Assembly: GCA_963699255.1 (NCBI GenBank)
Contig: OY969425.1
Coordinates: forward strand, 1,710,001-1,742,000
Direction of reading: 5' to 3'
Source of the DNA: an uncultured bacterium
Lineage (GTDB): Bacteria; Margulisbacteria; WOR-1; CAVSGV01
DNA length: 32,000 bases
The translations under genes and the position numbers were made by a program. Shown here piece by piece: positions 8,619 to 16,924 of this stretch (its first letter is position 1; every line of letters begins with the position of its first letter). Below the pieces are notes generated by a model that saw nothing but the letters and a program-made list of their open reading frames with translations, made no database searches and had not been told where the DNA came from.

Positions 8619-10085
8619 ATGAAGATCAACCTCGCCGGATACAACCTCGATTCCACGGTGATCGAGGAGTTGAAGAAGAACTCTCCCGAAAGGGCTGACG
8701 TAACGCCCGAGACCCTGTCCGCTTCATACGCGCGCATAAGCCGCGATCCGCGTCCGATAGGTGAGCTTCGCAAAGCCGCCCGCGGAGAGGTTGAGAAGGC
8801 CAGAAAATCCAATCAGGCGATAATATTCAAAATGGGACATCACTCCGTTGCCGAACACGCCGTCTTCAATTTTGACGTTCTTGAGGTATCCCGGCTGGCG
8901 ATGGAGTCTATCGAGCATTTCAGGCTGTGTTCCTTCACTGAAAAATCCCAGAGATACATCACGCTCGCGGATGATTTTGTCCTGCCCCAGGAGATCAGGG
9001 ATGCCGGGTTTGCCGATCAATTCAAGGCGGTAATTAAATTACAGAACGATTTTTACCACAAATCGAATGAGTTATTGAAAATGCATGTATTCAAGAAACA
9101 TGCCGATCTGGCACAAGATCCAAAGAACAATAGTCTTCTGGAGGGGTGGGCAAAGGAAGATGCCAGGTATATCACATCCCTTGCAACGCAGGGACAGCTT
9201 GGTTTGACCCTTAATGCCAGGAACCTTGAGCTGATGGTCAGAAGGTTCGCATCGAGCGATTTTTCGGAAGTAAAACAAATAGGCCGGGAAATATACCGGC
9301 TGGCCAAGGAGATAGCGCCGTCCATAATCCTTTTTACTCAAGCGAATGACTATGATGCAAAGACGTACGATGATATTAAAGCCTTAAAGGCCATAAAAGC
9401 CGTCAGGGCCAATAAGGAAGTGACGCTATCGGATTTCCCAAAGAATGGAGATGACATTCTTGTTGCTGCGCTTCTTCACACTGTTTCAAAAGCTTCGTTT
9501 TCATACTGTAACAAAGCGGTCAAAGGTATGAATGCCGCAGAAAAGAAAAGGATCATCAAGGCTTCGATGAAGCGGATGGAATTCTATGACGCGAATCCAA
9601 GGGAATTCGAGCATGTGAACCTCACATTTGATCTTGTTATTTCCGCTTCATGTTACGCGCAACTGAAGCGGCACAGAACGTCCACACAGACCATGCAGGA
9701 ATATGACCCCGAGCTGGGATTGACCGTTCCGCCGGCATTCAGCGAGATCAAGCTCGAGAAAGAATTTAAGGCGATCGCGGGAAAGGCCGAAGATCTTTAT
9801 TACAAGATGAAGCCGAAAGTCGGCGTACATGCCCAGTATATCCTGACAAACGCTCACCGCAGGAGAGTATTGATGACGGTCAATGCGAGGGAACTCTACC
9901 ATATATCTAGGCTGAGGGAAGACGCTCATGCGCAGTGGGATATCCAGATTGTTTCAGCCGAGATGTCCAAATTGGCAAAAAAGAAATTACCTTTGGCCTT
10001 CATGATGATCGGTGGAAAAGATAAATATCCGGAGATCTATAAGAATGTTTACGGAATACCGCCAAAATTAATTCCGCCTAAATAA
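8619..10085 (+). CDS. thyX: FAD-dependent thymidylate synthase ThyX, tandem double-domain form
   Basis: Two Thy1-like halves. The N half has GHHSVAEH and ...SFTEKSQRY. The C half has PREFEH, LKRHRTST and NARELYHISRLREDAHAQWDIQ, matching the ThyX motifs RHRxxS...SxRY and R..HAQWEI. Confidence 0.8.
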   Translation: MKINLAGYNLDSTVIEELKKNSPERADVTPETLSASYARISRDPRPIGELRKAARGEVEKARKSNQAIIFKMGHHSVAEHAVFNFDVLEVSRLAMESIEHFRLCSFTEKSQRYITLADDFVLPQEIRDAGFADQFKAVIKLQNDFYHKSNELLKMHVFKKHADLAQDPKNNSLLEGWAKEDARYITSLATQGQLGLTLNARNLELMVRRFASSDFSEVKQIGREIYRLAKEIAPSIILFTQANDYDAKTYDDIKALKAIKAVRANKEVTLSDFPKNGDDILVAALLHTVSKASFSYCNKAVKGMNAAEKKRIIKASMKRMEFYDANPREFEHVNLTFDLVISASCYAQLKRHRTSTQTMQEYDPELGLTVPPAFSEIKLEKEFKAIAGKAEDLYYKMKPKVGVHAQYILTNAHRRRVLMTVNARELYHISRLREDAHAQWDIQIVSAEMSKLAKKKLPLAFMMIGGKDKYPEIYKNVYGIPPKLIPPK

Positions 10086-11145
10086 GCTTCTCGATCTTTT
10101 TTATCAATTCTCCTATACCTTTTCCATTAAGCGCGGATATTGTAACTGCCGGGTTGTATTTATTTAAAAGAACGTTGGCGTCACCCACATATCTGTCTAT
10201 CTTATTGAATACAGTTAATATTGGTTTGGTGATCGCGGACAGGTCTTCCAGGACCTTATATGTTGTGCTCATCTGCTCGATGAAATTCGGTTGGGATATG
10301 TCCACTATATGTATAAGCACGTCCGCCTGGGTTGTTCCCTCAAGCGTTGCCTGGAAAGCCTCAACCAGGCTGTGCGGAAGGTCATGGATAAAACCGACCG
10401 TATCTGTAAGCAGTATCGCCTTATTGTTGGGGAGCCGTAATTTTCTCGTCACCGGATCAAGCGTCGCGAACAATTTATCCTCGGCGGCGACACCGGCCCC
10501 TGTAAGAGCGTTAAGCAGGGTCGATTTGCCGGCATTGGTGTATCCGACAATGGCTGCAACGGAAACTCTTGACTGCTGCCTTTTTTCTCTCCTGATCCAT
10601 CTGTGATGCCGGACATCCTCCAGTTCTTCTTTGAGCTGGGATATCCTTTTCCTTATTCTTCTTCTGTCCGTTTCAAGCTTTGTTTCGCCCGGGCCCCGCG
10701 TGCCGATCCCGCCTCCGAGACGTGAAAGTTCGATGCCTTTCCCGGTCAAATGCGTCAGGGTGTAGTTAGCCTGCGCAAGTTCAACCTGGAGTTTTCCTTC
10801 GCGCGTATGCGCGTGCTGGGCGAAGATGTCGAGTATCAGGCCCGTCCGATCGATCACTTTAAGCCCAAGCTGGCCTTGCAGGTTCCTTATCTGGGAAGGG
10901 GAGAGATCGTTGTTGAATATCACCATATCCGCGTTCGTTGATGCACAGAGAGCTTTAAGCTCGGCGGCCTTGCCCTCTCCTATGTAATATTTCACATCGG
11001 GTTTGTCCCTCGACTGCGCGATCTCGCCGACGCTATCGGCGCCGGCGGTCTTTGCCAGAGCCTCAAGCTCCACGATATCGTAGGGATCGATAGGTTCTTT
11101 GTGCAGGCTTACATCAACGAGGACGGCGCGCTCAAGCTTATTCAT
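10078..11145 (-). CDS. hflX: GTPase HflX
   Basis: HflX N-terminal domain (DLSPSQIRNLQGQLGLKVIDRTGLILDIFAQHAHTREGKLQVELAQ). G domain with G1 GYTNAGKST, G3 DTVGF and G4 NKID. The 3' end overlaps the thyX 3' end by 8 nt (convergent). Confidence 0.9.
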   Translation of the reverse strand: MNKLERAVLVDVSLHKEPIDPYDIVELEALAKTAGADSVGEIAQSRDKPDVKYYIGEGKAAELKALCASTNADMVIFNNDLSPSQIRNLQGQLGLKVIDRTGLILDIFAQHAHTREGKLQVELAQANYTLTHLTGKGIELSRLGGGIGTRGPGETKLETDRRRIRKRISQLKEELEDVRHHRWIRREKRQQSRVSVAAIVGYTNAGKSTLLNALTGAGVAAEDKLFATLDPVTRKLRLPNNKAILLTDTVGFIHDLPHSLVEAFQATLEGTTQADVLIHIVDISQPNFIEQMSTTYKVLEDLSAITKPILTVFNKIDRYVGDANVLLNKYNPAVTISALNGKGIGELIKKIEKLI

Positions 11146-12124
11146 TCTTCAGTTCACGCTGCATAAGCTGCGTTATCGCTTTGAACGGATCCTTTCCTTC
11201 ATAGAGGACGGCGTAAACCTCTTCGGTTATCGGCATCTCGATCTTTAGCTTCCTTGACAGTTCTCTCGCGGCTTTTGAGGTAGGAACGCCCTCTGCCACG
11301 TCATACATCTTTGTCAATATTTCGGTCATGCGACGACCTTTTGCTATTTCCATTCCCACCTGGTGGTTCCTTGAGAGCGTGCTTGAGCACGTCGTTATCA
11401 GGTCCCCGACCCCGGACAGGCCGCTAAAGGTATCTGACCGCCCTCCCATCGCTATTCCGAGCCTTGTGATCTCGGCTATCCCTCTTACCAGAAGGGCCGA
11501 TTTGGCGTTATTCCCAAGCATGAGTCCGTCCGCAACTCCGGCAGCCAACGCTATCACGTTCTTCAGAGCGCCTCCGAGTTCAACACCGACCACATCGGTA
11601 TTGGTATAGACCCTGAACCTGCTGCTGTTCAGGAGCTGCTGCGCGAATTTCGCAGTTTCAATTTTCTTCGAAGCCGAAACTGTGGCGGCCGGAAGGCCTC
11701 TGGCTATTTCCTTTGAAATGTTGGGGCCTGATATCACGGCGAGGTTCTCGCACGGAAGCTCGTCTCTTATCACCTCCGACATTCTTTTTTGAGTTTCGAT
11801 CTCAAGGCCTTTTACCGCGCTTATTATCACCGCTCCCTTTTTCACGAACCTCGCCATATTTCGCAGCGTTTCCCTAAGGTACTGTGAAGGGGTGACCAGT
11901 ATTATGATCTCGCTTTCGGCGGCCTTTTTAATGTCGGTCGTTGAATCAATGTTTTGGGGAAGCTGGAAACCGTTCAGATATTTTTTGTTTTCCCTCAGCT
12001 CATTTATGCTTCTTGCAACGTCTTCCTCATAGGACCATATCGTGGGAGAATGTCCGTTTTCCGCTGCCAGGATCGAGATCGTAGTCCCCCACGCGCCCGC
12101 GCCGATGATCGATAGTTTGCTCAT
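11138..12124 (-). CDS. gpsA: NAD(P)H-dependent glycerol-3-phosphate dehydrogenase
   Basis: N-terminal IIGAGAWGTT Rossmann motif, then GALKNVIALAAG and SRNHQVG motifs. 328 aa. Overlaps plsY and hflX as in an operon. Confidence 0.92.
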   Translation of the reverse strand: MSKLSIIGAGAWGTTISILAAENGHSPTIWSYEEDVARSINELRENKKYLNGFQLPQNIDSTTDIKKAAESEIIILVTPSQYLRETLRNMARFVKKGAVIISAVKGLEIETQKRMSEVIRDELPCENLAVISGPNISKEIARGLPAATVSASKKIETAKFAQQLLNSSRFRVYTNTDVVGVELGGALKNVIALAAGVADGLMLGNNAKSALLVRGIAEITRLGIAMGGRSDTFSGLSGVGDLITTCSSTLSRNHQVGMEIAKGRRMTEILTKMYDVAEGVPTSKAARELSRKLKIEMPITEEVYAVLYEGKDPFKAITQLMQRELKNE

Positions 12125-12732
12125 TTCGCCCCCCAGATCTTGGGCTCGGTGCCGGACAAAAGCCTTTTAATGTTAGGTAAGTGCTTGTAGATCATAAGTG
12201 CGGCGGCGAGCACGGTGCATATTCCGTAAGCCAGAGGTTTATTGAGAATGAACATAAGTGCGGCGAGAAGTATCACGCCGGATATTGACGCAACTGAAAC
12301 ATAACGGGTTATCGCTATGCAGACGATCACATATATTATTGCTATAACGAACAGATCGGGAGCTATGCCGAGCAGTATCCCAAGGCTTGTCGCGGCCCCT
12401 TTTCCTCCCTTGAAACCTAGGAAGATCGAGAACATGTGGCCGACCATGGCGGCAACTCCGGCAACCACTACGAAGTATTCTCTTGAGAGCAGAGGCGTTG
12501 ATTGCGGAAGCAGCGCTTGAGCGATATAAACGGCGGCGGCTCCCTTGAGCAGGTCCATTATGAATACAGAAATGGCCGGCCAGGTCCCGAGCGTCCTGTA
12601 TATATTTGTGGCGCCGATATTCCCGCTGCCGACCTTTCTTATATCGACACCCTTTATTTTTCCCACCAGGAAGCCAAAAGGGATCGAGCCTATAAGATAA
12701 CCGAGAATGACCGGAAGAACTAAATTGATCAT
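12121..12732 (-). CDS. plsY: Acyl-phosphate:glycerol-3-phosphate acyltransferase
   Basis: A 203-aa polytopic membrane protein with GSGNIGATN and FKGGKG(A)AT motifs. Classic plsY-gpsA pairing. Confidence 0.9.
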   Translation of the reverse strand: MINLVLPVILGYLIGSIPFGFLVGKIKGVDIRKVGSGNIGATNIYRTLGTWPAISVFIMDLLKGAAAVYIAQALLPQSTPLLSREYFVVVAGVAAMVGHMFSIFLGFKGGKGAATSLGILLGIAPDLFVIAIIYVIVCIAITRYVSVASISGVILLAALMFILNKPLAYGICTVLAAALMIYKHLPNIKRLLSGTEPKIWGAK

Positions 12733-12764
12733 CAGACCCTTATTTTACGATAGGAAATAGATCC

Positions 12765-12793
12765 TTGCAAGCGGTCTCCTTTTTCTGTAGAAT
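12765..12793 (+). promoter_or_regulatory. Putative sigma70-type promoter of efp (TTGCAA-17 nt-TAGAAT)
   Basis: TTGCAA at 12765-12770, a 17-nt spacer, TAGAAT at 12788-12793. Only 10 nt separate the -10 box from the efp ATG and there is no Shine-Dalgarno. Sequence-pattern call only. Confidence 0.4.
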
Positions 12794-12803
12794 AGCCGCT
12801 CTT

Positions 12804-13370
12804 ATGGTAACAATATCGATCACAGAAGCAAAACCCGGAGTATCAATAGAGACCGATGGGGGCCTTTTCCAGGTCATTGACTATAAGCACATTAAAATGG
12901 CTCAGCAGTCGGTCGTTAAGATCAAAATGAAGAACATGATCACCGGGGCCACAGTTGAACGCTCCTTCAGGGTGAGTGAAAAGGTTGAAAAAGCCCACAT
13001 TGATTTCAAGAACATGCAATATCTCTACCACGTTCAGGACGACTTCACATTCATGGACCAGGAAACGTTCGAGCAGCTCACGCTAACAAAGGAAAAAATA
13101 GGCGACGCTGCCGGCTATATCAAAGAAGAATCCCTTGTCACGCTCATGTTCTATAAGAATCAGATAATAGGCATTAACATCCCCAATTCGGTCGAGCTGA
13201 AGGTCGCTGATACGGAGCCCGGGTACAAGGGCGACACGGTTCAGGGCGCCATGAAACAGGCAAAACTTGAAACGGGGATATCCATCCAGGTGCCGCTGTT
13301 CATCAATCAAGGCGATATGGTAAAAGTAGATACCAGGACAGGGAAGTATATTGAAAGGGTTCAGGGTTGA
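12804..13370 (+). CDS. efp: Translation elongation factor P (non-canonical beta3-beta4 loop)
   Basis: Collinear with E. coli EF-P across all three domains (…TGATVERSF…, FMDQETFEQL, EPGYKGDTVQG..K.A.LETG..IQVPLFI..GD.VKVDTRTGKYIERV). ATG 12804 gives a typical 188-aa protein. The TTG at 12765 in the ORF track would add 13 non-homologous residues. Confidence 0.88.
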   Translation: MVTISITEAKPGVSIETDGGLFQVIDYKHIKMAQQSVVKIKMKNMITGATVERSFRVSEKVEKAHIDFKNMQYLYHVQDDFTFMDQETFEQLTLTKEKIGDAAGYIKEESLVTLMFYKNQIIGINIPNSVELKVADTEPGYKGDTVQGAMKQAKLETGISIQVPLFINQGDMVKVDTRTGKYIERVQG

Positions 13371-13395
13371 TTTATGAAGGGGGCTTTAGTAGAAT

Positions 13396-13851
13396 ATGAA
13401 ATCTGATATGGACCTAGAACTTGTAAAAAAGGTAATAAAGATCGCTGAGGACGCCGATATTTCCGGCCTTGCTGTACAGCAGGGGGATTTCAGGGTTGAG
13501 GTCAAAAGGGAAAAGATAGGGACCGTTGTCACCTCCCAGCCTGCTATTCCGCATCAACCTACTTCCGCTGCATCAGCCCAGTCAAATCCGAAAGATGAGG
13601 AAGAAGAAGGCGTTGTAGCCATTATTGCCCCGATGGTCGGGACATTTTACAGGGCGCCGTCTCCCGACTCTTCACCGTATGTTGAGATAGGGGATAAGGT
13701 GGAGCCGGGTAAGACCGTTTGCATAATTGAAGCCATGAAACTTTTCAACGAGATCGAGGCCGAGATCAGAGGCGAGGTCGTGAAGATCCTCGTTGAAGAC
13801 GGCCAGCCTGTTGAATACGGGCAAAAGTTGTTCCAGATCCGCAAGGGATAA
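13396..13851 (+). CDS. accB: Biotin carboxyl carrier protein of acetyl-CoA carboxylase
   Basis: C-terminal biotinyl domain with the CIIEAMKLFNEIEAE motif (biotinyl-Lys in AMK), a Pro/Ala-rich linker, 151 aa. Typical efp-accB adjacency. Confidence 0.9.
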   Translation: MKSDMDLELVKKVIKIAEDADISGLAVQQGDFRVEVKREKIGTVVTSQPAIPHQPTSAASAQSNPKDEEEEGVVAIIAPMVGTFYRAPSPDSSPYVEIGDKVEPGKTVCIIEAMKLFNEIEAEIRGEVVKILVEDGQPVEYGQKLFQIRKG

Positions 13852-15554
13852 TGAGCTTAACCGGCAAAAGGTGGCTGGTAAGCCGCCAGGAAAAAGAAGC
13901 CGCACAAGAAATATCAAAAGCCTCCAGAATTTCCACCACGCTTGCACAGGTCCTGATCAATAGAGGCATGTCCGGCATTTCAGAAATAGACGCTTTTATT
14001 ACCCCGAAACTCAGCTATCTGTCAAGCCCTTACGAGATCCCGGATATGGAGAAAGCCGCGCAGAGGGTGCTCTCGGCAAAGAACAAGGGAGAACGCGTTG
14101 CGGTATACGGCGATTACGATGTTGACGGGGTAACGGGTACGGCCATTCTTCTTCTGACACTGAAGGATCTGGGCATTGATGTCACATATTATATCCCACA
14201 CAGGTACAGCGAAGGTTACGGAATGAATAACAGCGCGGTAAAAAAGTTGTTCGATGAAGGTGTAAGGCTTATTGTGACGGTCGACTGCGGGATAAGCAAC
14301 TTGCTGGAGATCGAATACGCAAACTCGCTGGGGATGGAAGTTGTCGTTACGGACCATCACAATCCTCCGGCGGAACTGCCGAAAGCTTACGCGCTCGTTA
14401 ATCCGAAACTGATCGACGGCGATCACAGCGCAAGGGAGCTGTCGGGGGCCGGCGTAGCGTTCAAATTCGCCTGGGGGCTTTACAGGACCGCCGGGATAAA
14501 GGACAGCTCCAACCTGATGGACATGTTCGACCTGGCGGGGCTTGGGACGATCGCGGACATAGTCCCGCTTCTTGATGAGAACAGGATACTGGCGGTGTAC
14601 GGGCTGAAAAGCTTGAACAACTGCAACCGGGCGGGGCTTAAGAGCCTTATCGAGTCGGTCGGCATAAAGAAAAAGATAACTTCCAGCTCCGTCAACTTCG
14701 CGATCGCGCCGAGGCTGAATTCCGCCGGCCGCCTTGAGCACGCGTCTTTAAGCGTTGAGCTTTTGATAACCAGGGATCAGTTGAAGGCGAGAACACTGGC
14801 GCTTGAACTTAACCGTCTTAATTCAAAGAGGCAAAGCATAGGAAAGCAGATCCAGGAGGAGGTTTTCAGTAAGATCGGCGAAAACCCCGAGAAATCGATA
14901 GTTCTCTGCGGGAACTCCTGGAACCCGGGAGTGATAGGGATCGTTGCATCCCAGGTGGTCGAAAAATATTACAGGCCTGCCGTTCTGATAGGCCTGAATG
15001 AAGGGATCGGCAGGGGTTCGGCAAGGTCGATCGACGGGATAAATATTTTCGGCGCGCTTAACGAATGCAGGGACCTCTTCTCTGATTTTGGAGGCCACAA
15101 GAAGGCGGCCGGATTCGAGGTCGTTGAAGATAATATCCCCGAACTTATCAGAAGGCTCAAGGAAATAATCGATGAGATGATGTCGGATGAAGACCTTATG
15201 CCGACACTTGAGATCGAGACCGTGCTTGATCCAAGAGAAATAACGATGGGGCTCGCCTCCGAACTTGAACTACTGGACCCTCACGGCGAGGATAACCCGC
15301 CGCCTGTTTTTGCCAGCTACGGCTTAAAGTTGATAGACATGAGAAGGGTCGGGGACGGCAGCCATTTAAAGGCAAGGTTCACCGACGGGAAAGTCACTCT
15401 TGATTCCATTGGATTTTCGTTGGGGGGCATGGCTCCCAAATTAACGCTGGGCGACAACTATGATCTGGCATATAATTTGGAAGTGAACGAATTTAACGGG
15501 TTCGAATCGGCGCAGCTGAACGTTGTTGACATCAGGAGCGAGGGCGGATCATGA
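13851..15554 (+). CDS. recJ: Single-stranded-DNA-specific exonuclease RecJ
   Basis: DHH-family motifs: VYGDYDVDGVTG, TVDCG, VVVTDHH, and GGHKKAAG in the DHHA1 domain. 567 aa. TAATG overlap with accB. Confidence 0.92.
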   Translation: MSLTGKRWLVSRQEKEAAQEISKASRISTTLAQVLINRGMSGISEIDAFITPKLSYLSSPYEIPDMEKAAQRVLSAKNKGERVAVYGDYDVDGVTGTAILLLTLKDLGIDVTYYIPHRYSEGYGMNNSAVKKLFDEGVRLIVTVDCGISNLLEIEYANSLGMEVVVTDHHNPPAELPKAYALVNPKLIDGDHSARELSGAGVAFKFAWGLYRTAGIKDSSNLMDMFDLAGLGTIADIVPLLDENRILAVYGLKSLNNCNRAGLKSLIESVGIKKKITSSSVNFAIAPRLNSAGRLEHASLSVELLITRDQLKARTLALELNRLNSKRQSIGKQIQEEVFSKIGENPEKSIVLCGNSWNPGVIGIVASQVVEKYYRPAVLIGLNEGIGRGSARSIDGINIFGALNECRDLFSDFGGHKKAAGFEVVEDNIPELIRRLKEIIDEMMSDEDLMPTLEIETVLDPREITMGLASELELLDPHGEDNPPPVFASYGLKLIDMRRVGDGSHLKARFTDGKVTLDSIGFSLGGMAPKLTLGDNYDLAYNLEVNEFNGFESAQLNVVDIRSEGGS

Positions 15555-16822
15555 AAATATTGATGATCGGGAGCGGCGGGAGAGAACACGCGCTTGTCTG
15601 GAAGATATCACAGAGCAAAAAAGTTGAGAAGATCTACTGCGCGCCGGGTAACGCCGGGATATCGCAGCTTGCCCAGTGCGTTGACATAAAGCCGGATAAT
15701 ATCCCCGAACTGAAGAAATTCGCGATCGCCAAAAAAGTCGATTTGACCATTGTCGGGCCGGAGTTGCCGCTTGCGGCGGGTATCGTTGACGAGTTCAGGA
15801 AAGAGGGCTTGAAGATATTCGGCCCGTCCAAGGCGGCCGCGAGACTCGAAGGCAGCAAGATATTCGCAAAAGAGATGATGAAAAAATTCAATGTTCCGAC
15901 CGCAAGATTTGCCGAATTCACGGATGAGCGTAAAGCGATGCAATATCTTCGGGATTCCAGTCTTCCGATAGTTATTAAGGCTGACGGATTAGCTGCGGGA
16001 AAAGGGGTTGTGGTCGCGTCCGAATTCGGGGAAGCGGAGGAAGCGGTCCACAGGATGCTTGTTGAAAAAGAATTCGGAGAAGCCTCCTCTAAAATAATGA
16101 TCGAAGAATGCCTTGTCGGTCAGGAAGCGTCGATCCTGGCTTTTTCGGACGGCGTGCACTATACGATCATGCAATCGGCGCAGGACCACAAGAGGGTTTT
16201 TGATAATGACATGGGACCGAATACGGGAGGGATGGGAGCGTACAGCCCGGCGCCGGTCGTCACAGGCAAGATATTGAAAGAACTCGAAGATAAATTTTTC
16301 AGCAGAATGATCGACGGCATGCAAAAAGAAGGAGTCCCTTTTGTTGGCGTGCTTTACGCTGGGATAATGATCACAAAAGACGGACCGAAAGTCCTTGAAT
16401 TCAACGTCAGGTTCGGCGATCCCGAGACACAGCCGATAATGATGAGGTTAAAGACGGACCTTGTCGATATTATCGAGCATGTACTTGACGGCGCACTCGA
16501 TAAGATAACAGTTGAGTGGGAACCGAAGGCTGCTGTATGCGTTGTGCTTGCTTCAAAGGGGTATCCCGGCGAGTATGAAAAAGGCAAGGAAATATCGGGT
16601 CTCAGTGAGGCAAAAGCCTTGAAGGACGCGGTTGTTTTCCATGCGGGGACATTGCTTAAGAACGGCAAGATAGTTACTTCCGGCGGACGCGTCCTGGGAG
16701 TGACCGCAATGGCGGATACCATCGAGTCAGCTATCGACCGGGCATACAGCATTGTCCACATGATAAAATTCGACGGCATGCACTACAGGAGCGATATAGG
16801 AAGAAAGGCATTGAAAGCTTAA
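15551..16822 (+). CDS. purD: Phosphoribosylamine--glycine ligase
   Basis: MKILMIGSGGREHALVWK N-terminus, an ATP-grasp core (VIKADGLAAGKGV, EFNVRFGDPE), 423 aa. ATGA overlap with recJ. Confidence 0.93.
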   Translation: MKILMIGSGGREHALVWKISQSKKVEKIYCAPGNAGISQLAQCVDIKPDNIPELKKFAIAKKVDLTIVGPELPLAAGIVDEFRKEGLKIFGPSKAAARLEGSKIFAKEMMKKFNVPTARFAEFTDERKAMQYLRDSSLPIVIKADGLAAGKGVVVASEFGEAEEAVHRMLVEKEFGEASSKIMIEECLVGQEASILAFSDGVHYTIMQSAQDHKRVFDNDMGPNTGGMGAYSPAPVVTGKILKELEDKFFSRMIDGMQKEGVPFVGVLYAGIMITKDGPKVLEFNVRFGDPETQPIMMRLKTDLVDIIEHVLDGALDKITVEWEPKAAVCVVLASKGYPGEYEKGKEISGLSEAKALKDAVVFHAGTLLKNGKIVTSGGRVLGVTAMADTIESAIDRAYSIVHMIKFDGMHYRSDIGRKALKA

Positions 16823-16924
16823 GTTCAATAACCCTTAATTTCCCAGTTGTTACACCTCATTATTTATTGAAATTTCCCCATGTTTTTGACGATATAGTGA
16901 CAGTAATAAAATTCGAGGCGGAAC

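Noticed and set aside
8147-8812. 221-aa minus-strand ORF over the aroF/thyX junction
   Set aside because: It is antisense to conserved coding sequence and has no recognisable motifs. This is a typical shadow ORF in moderately GC-rich coding DNA.
13396-13851. accB without the usual downstream accC (recJ follows instead), with birA 6 kb upstream
   Set aside because: Split acc genes are common, and accC/accA/accD can be anywhere outside this window. This is not informative on its own.
14022-14741. 239-aa minus-strand ORF inside recJ. Similar long antisense ORFs occur at 2531-3187, 17279-17995, 23390-24082, 25218-25895 and 26953-27582.
   Set aside because: All lie fully inside genes with unambiguous family motifs on the + strand (recJ, ugtP-like, S8 protease, clpX, lon, ileS). 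They translate to Arg/Ser/Pro-rich nonsense and there is no evidence of real overlapping genes.
16823-16924. Promoter upstream of the S8 protease (TTGAAA at 16877, TTGACG at 16896, TATAGT at 16903)
   Set aside because: No -35/-10 pair has acceptable spacing: 20 nt and 15 nt, the latter placing the start site inside the ORF. I could not support a specific call.
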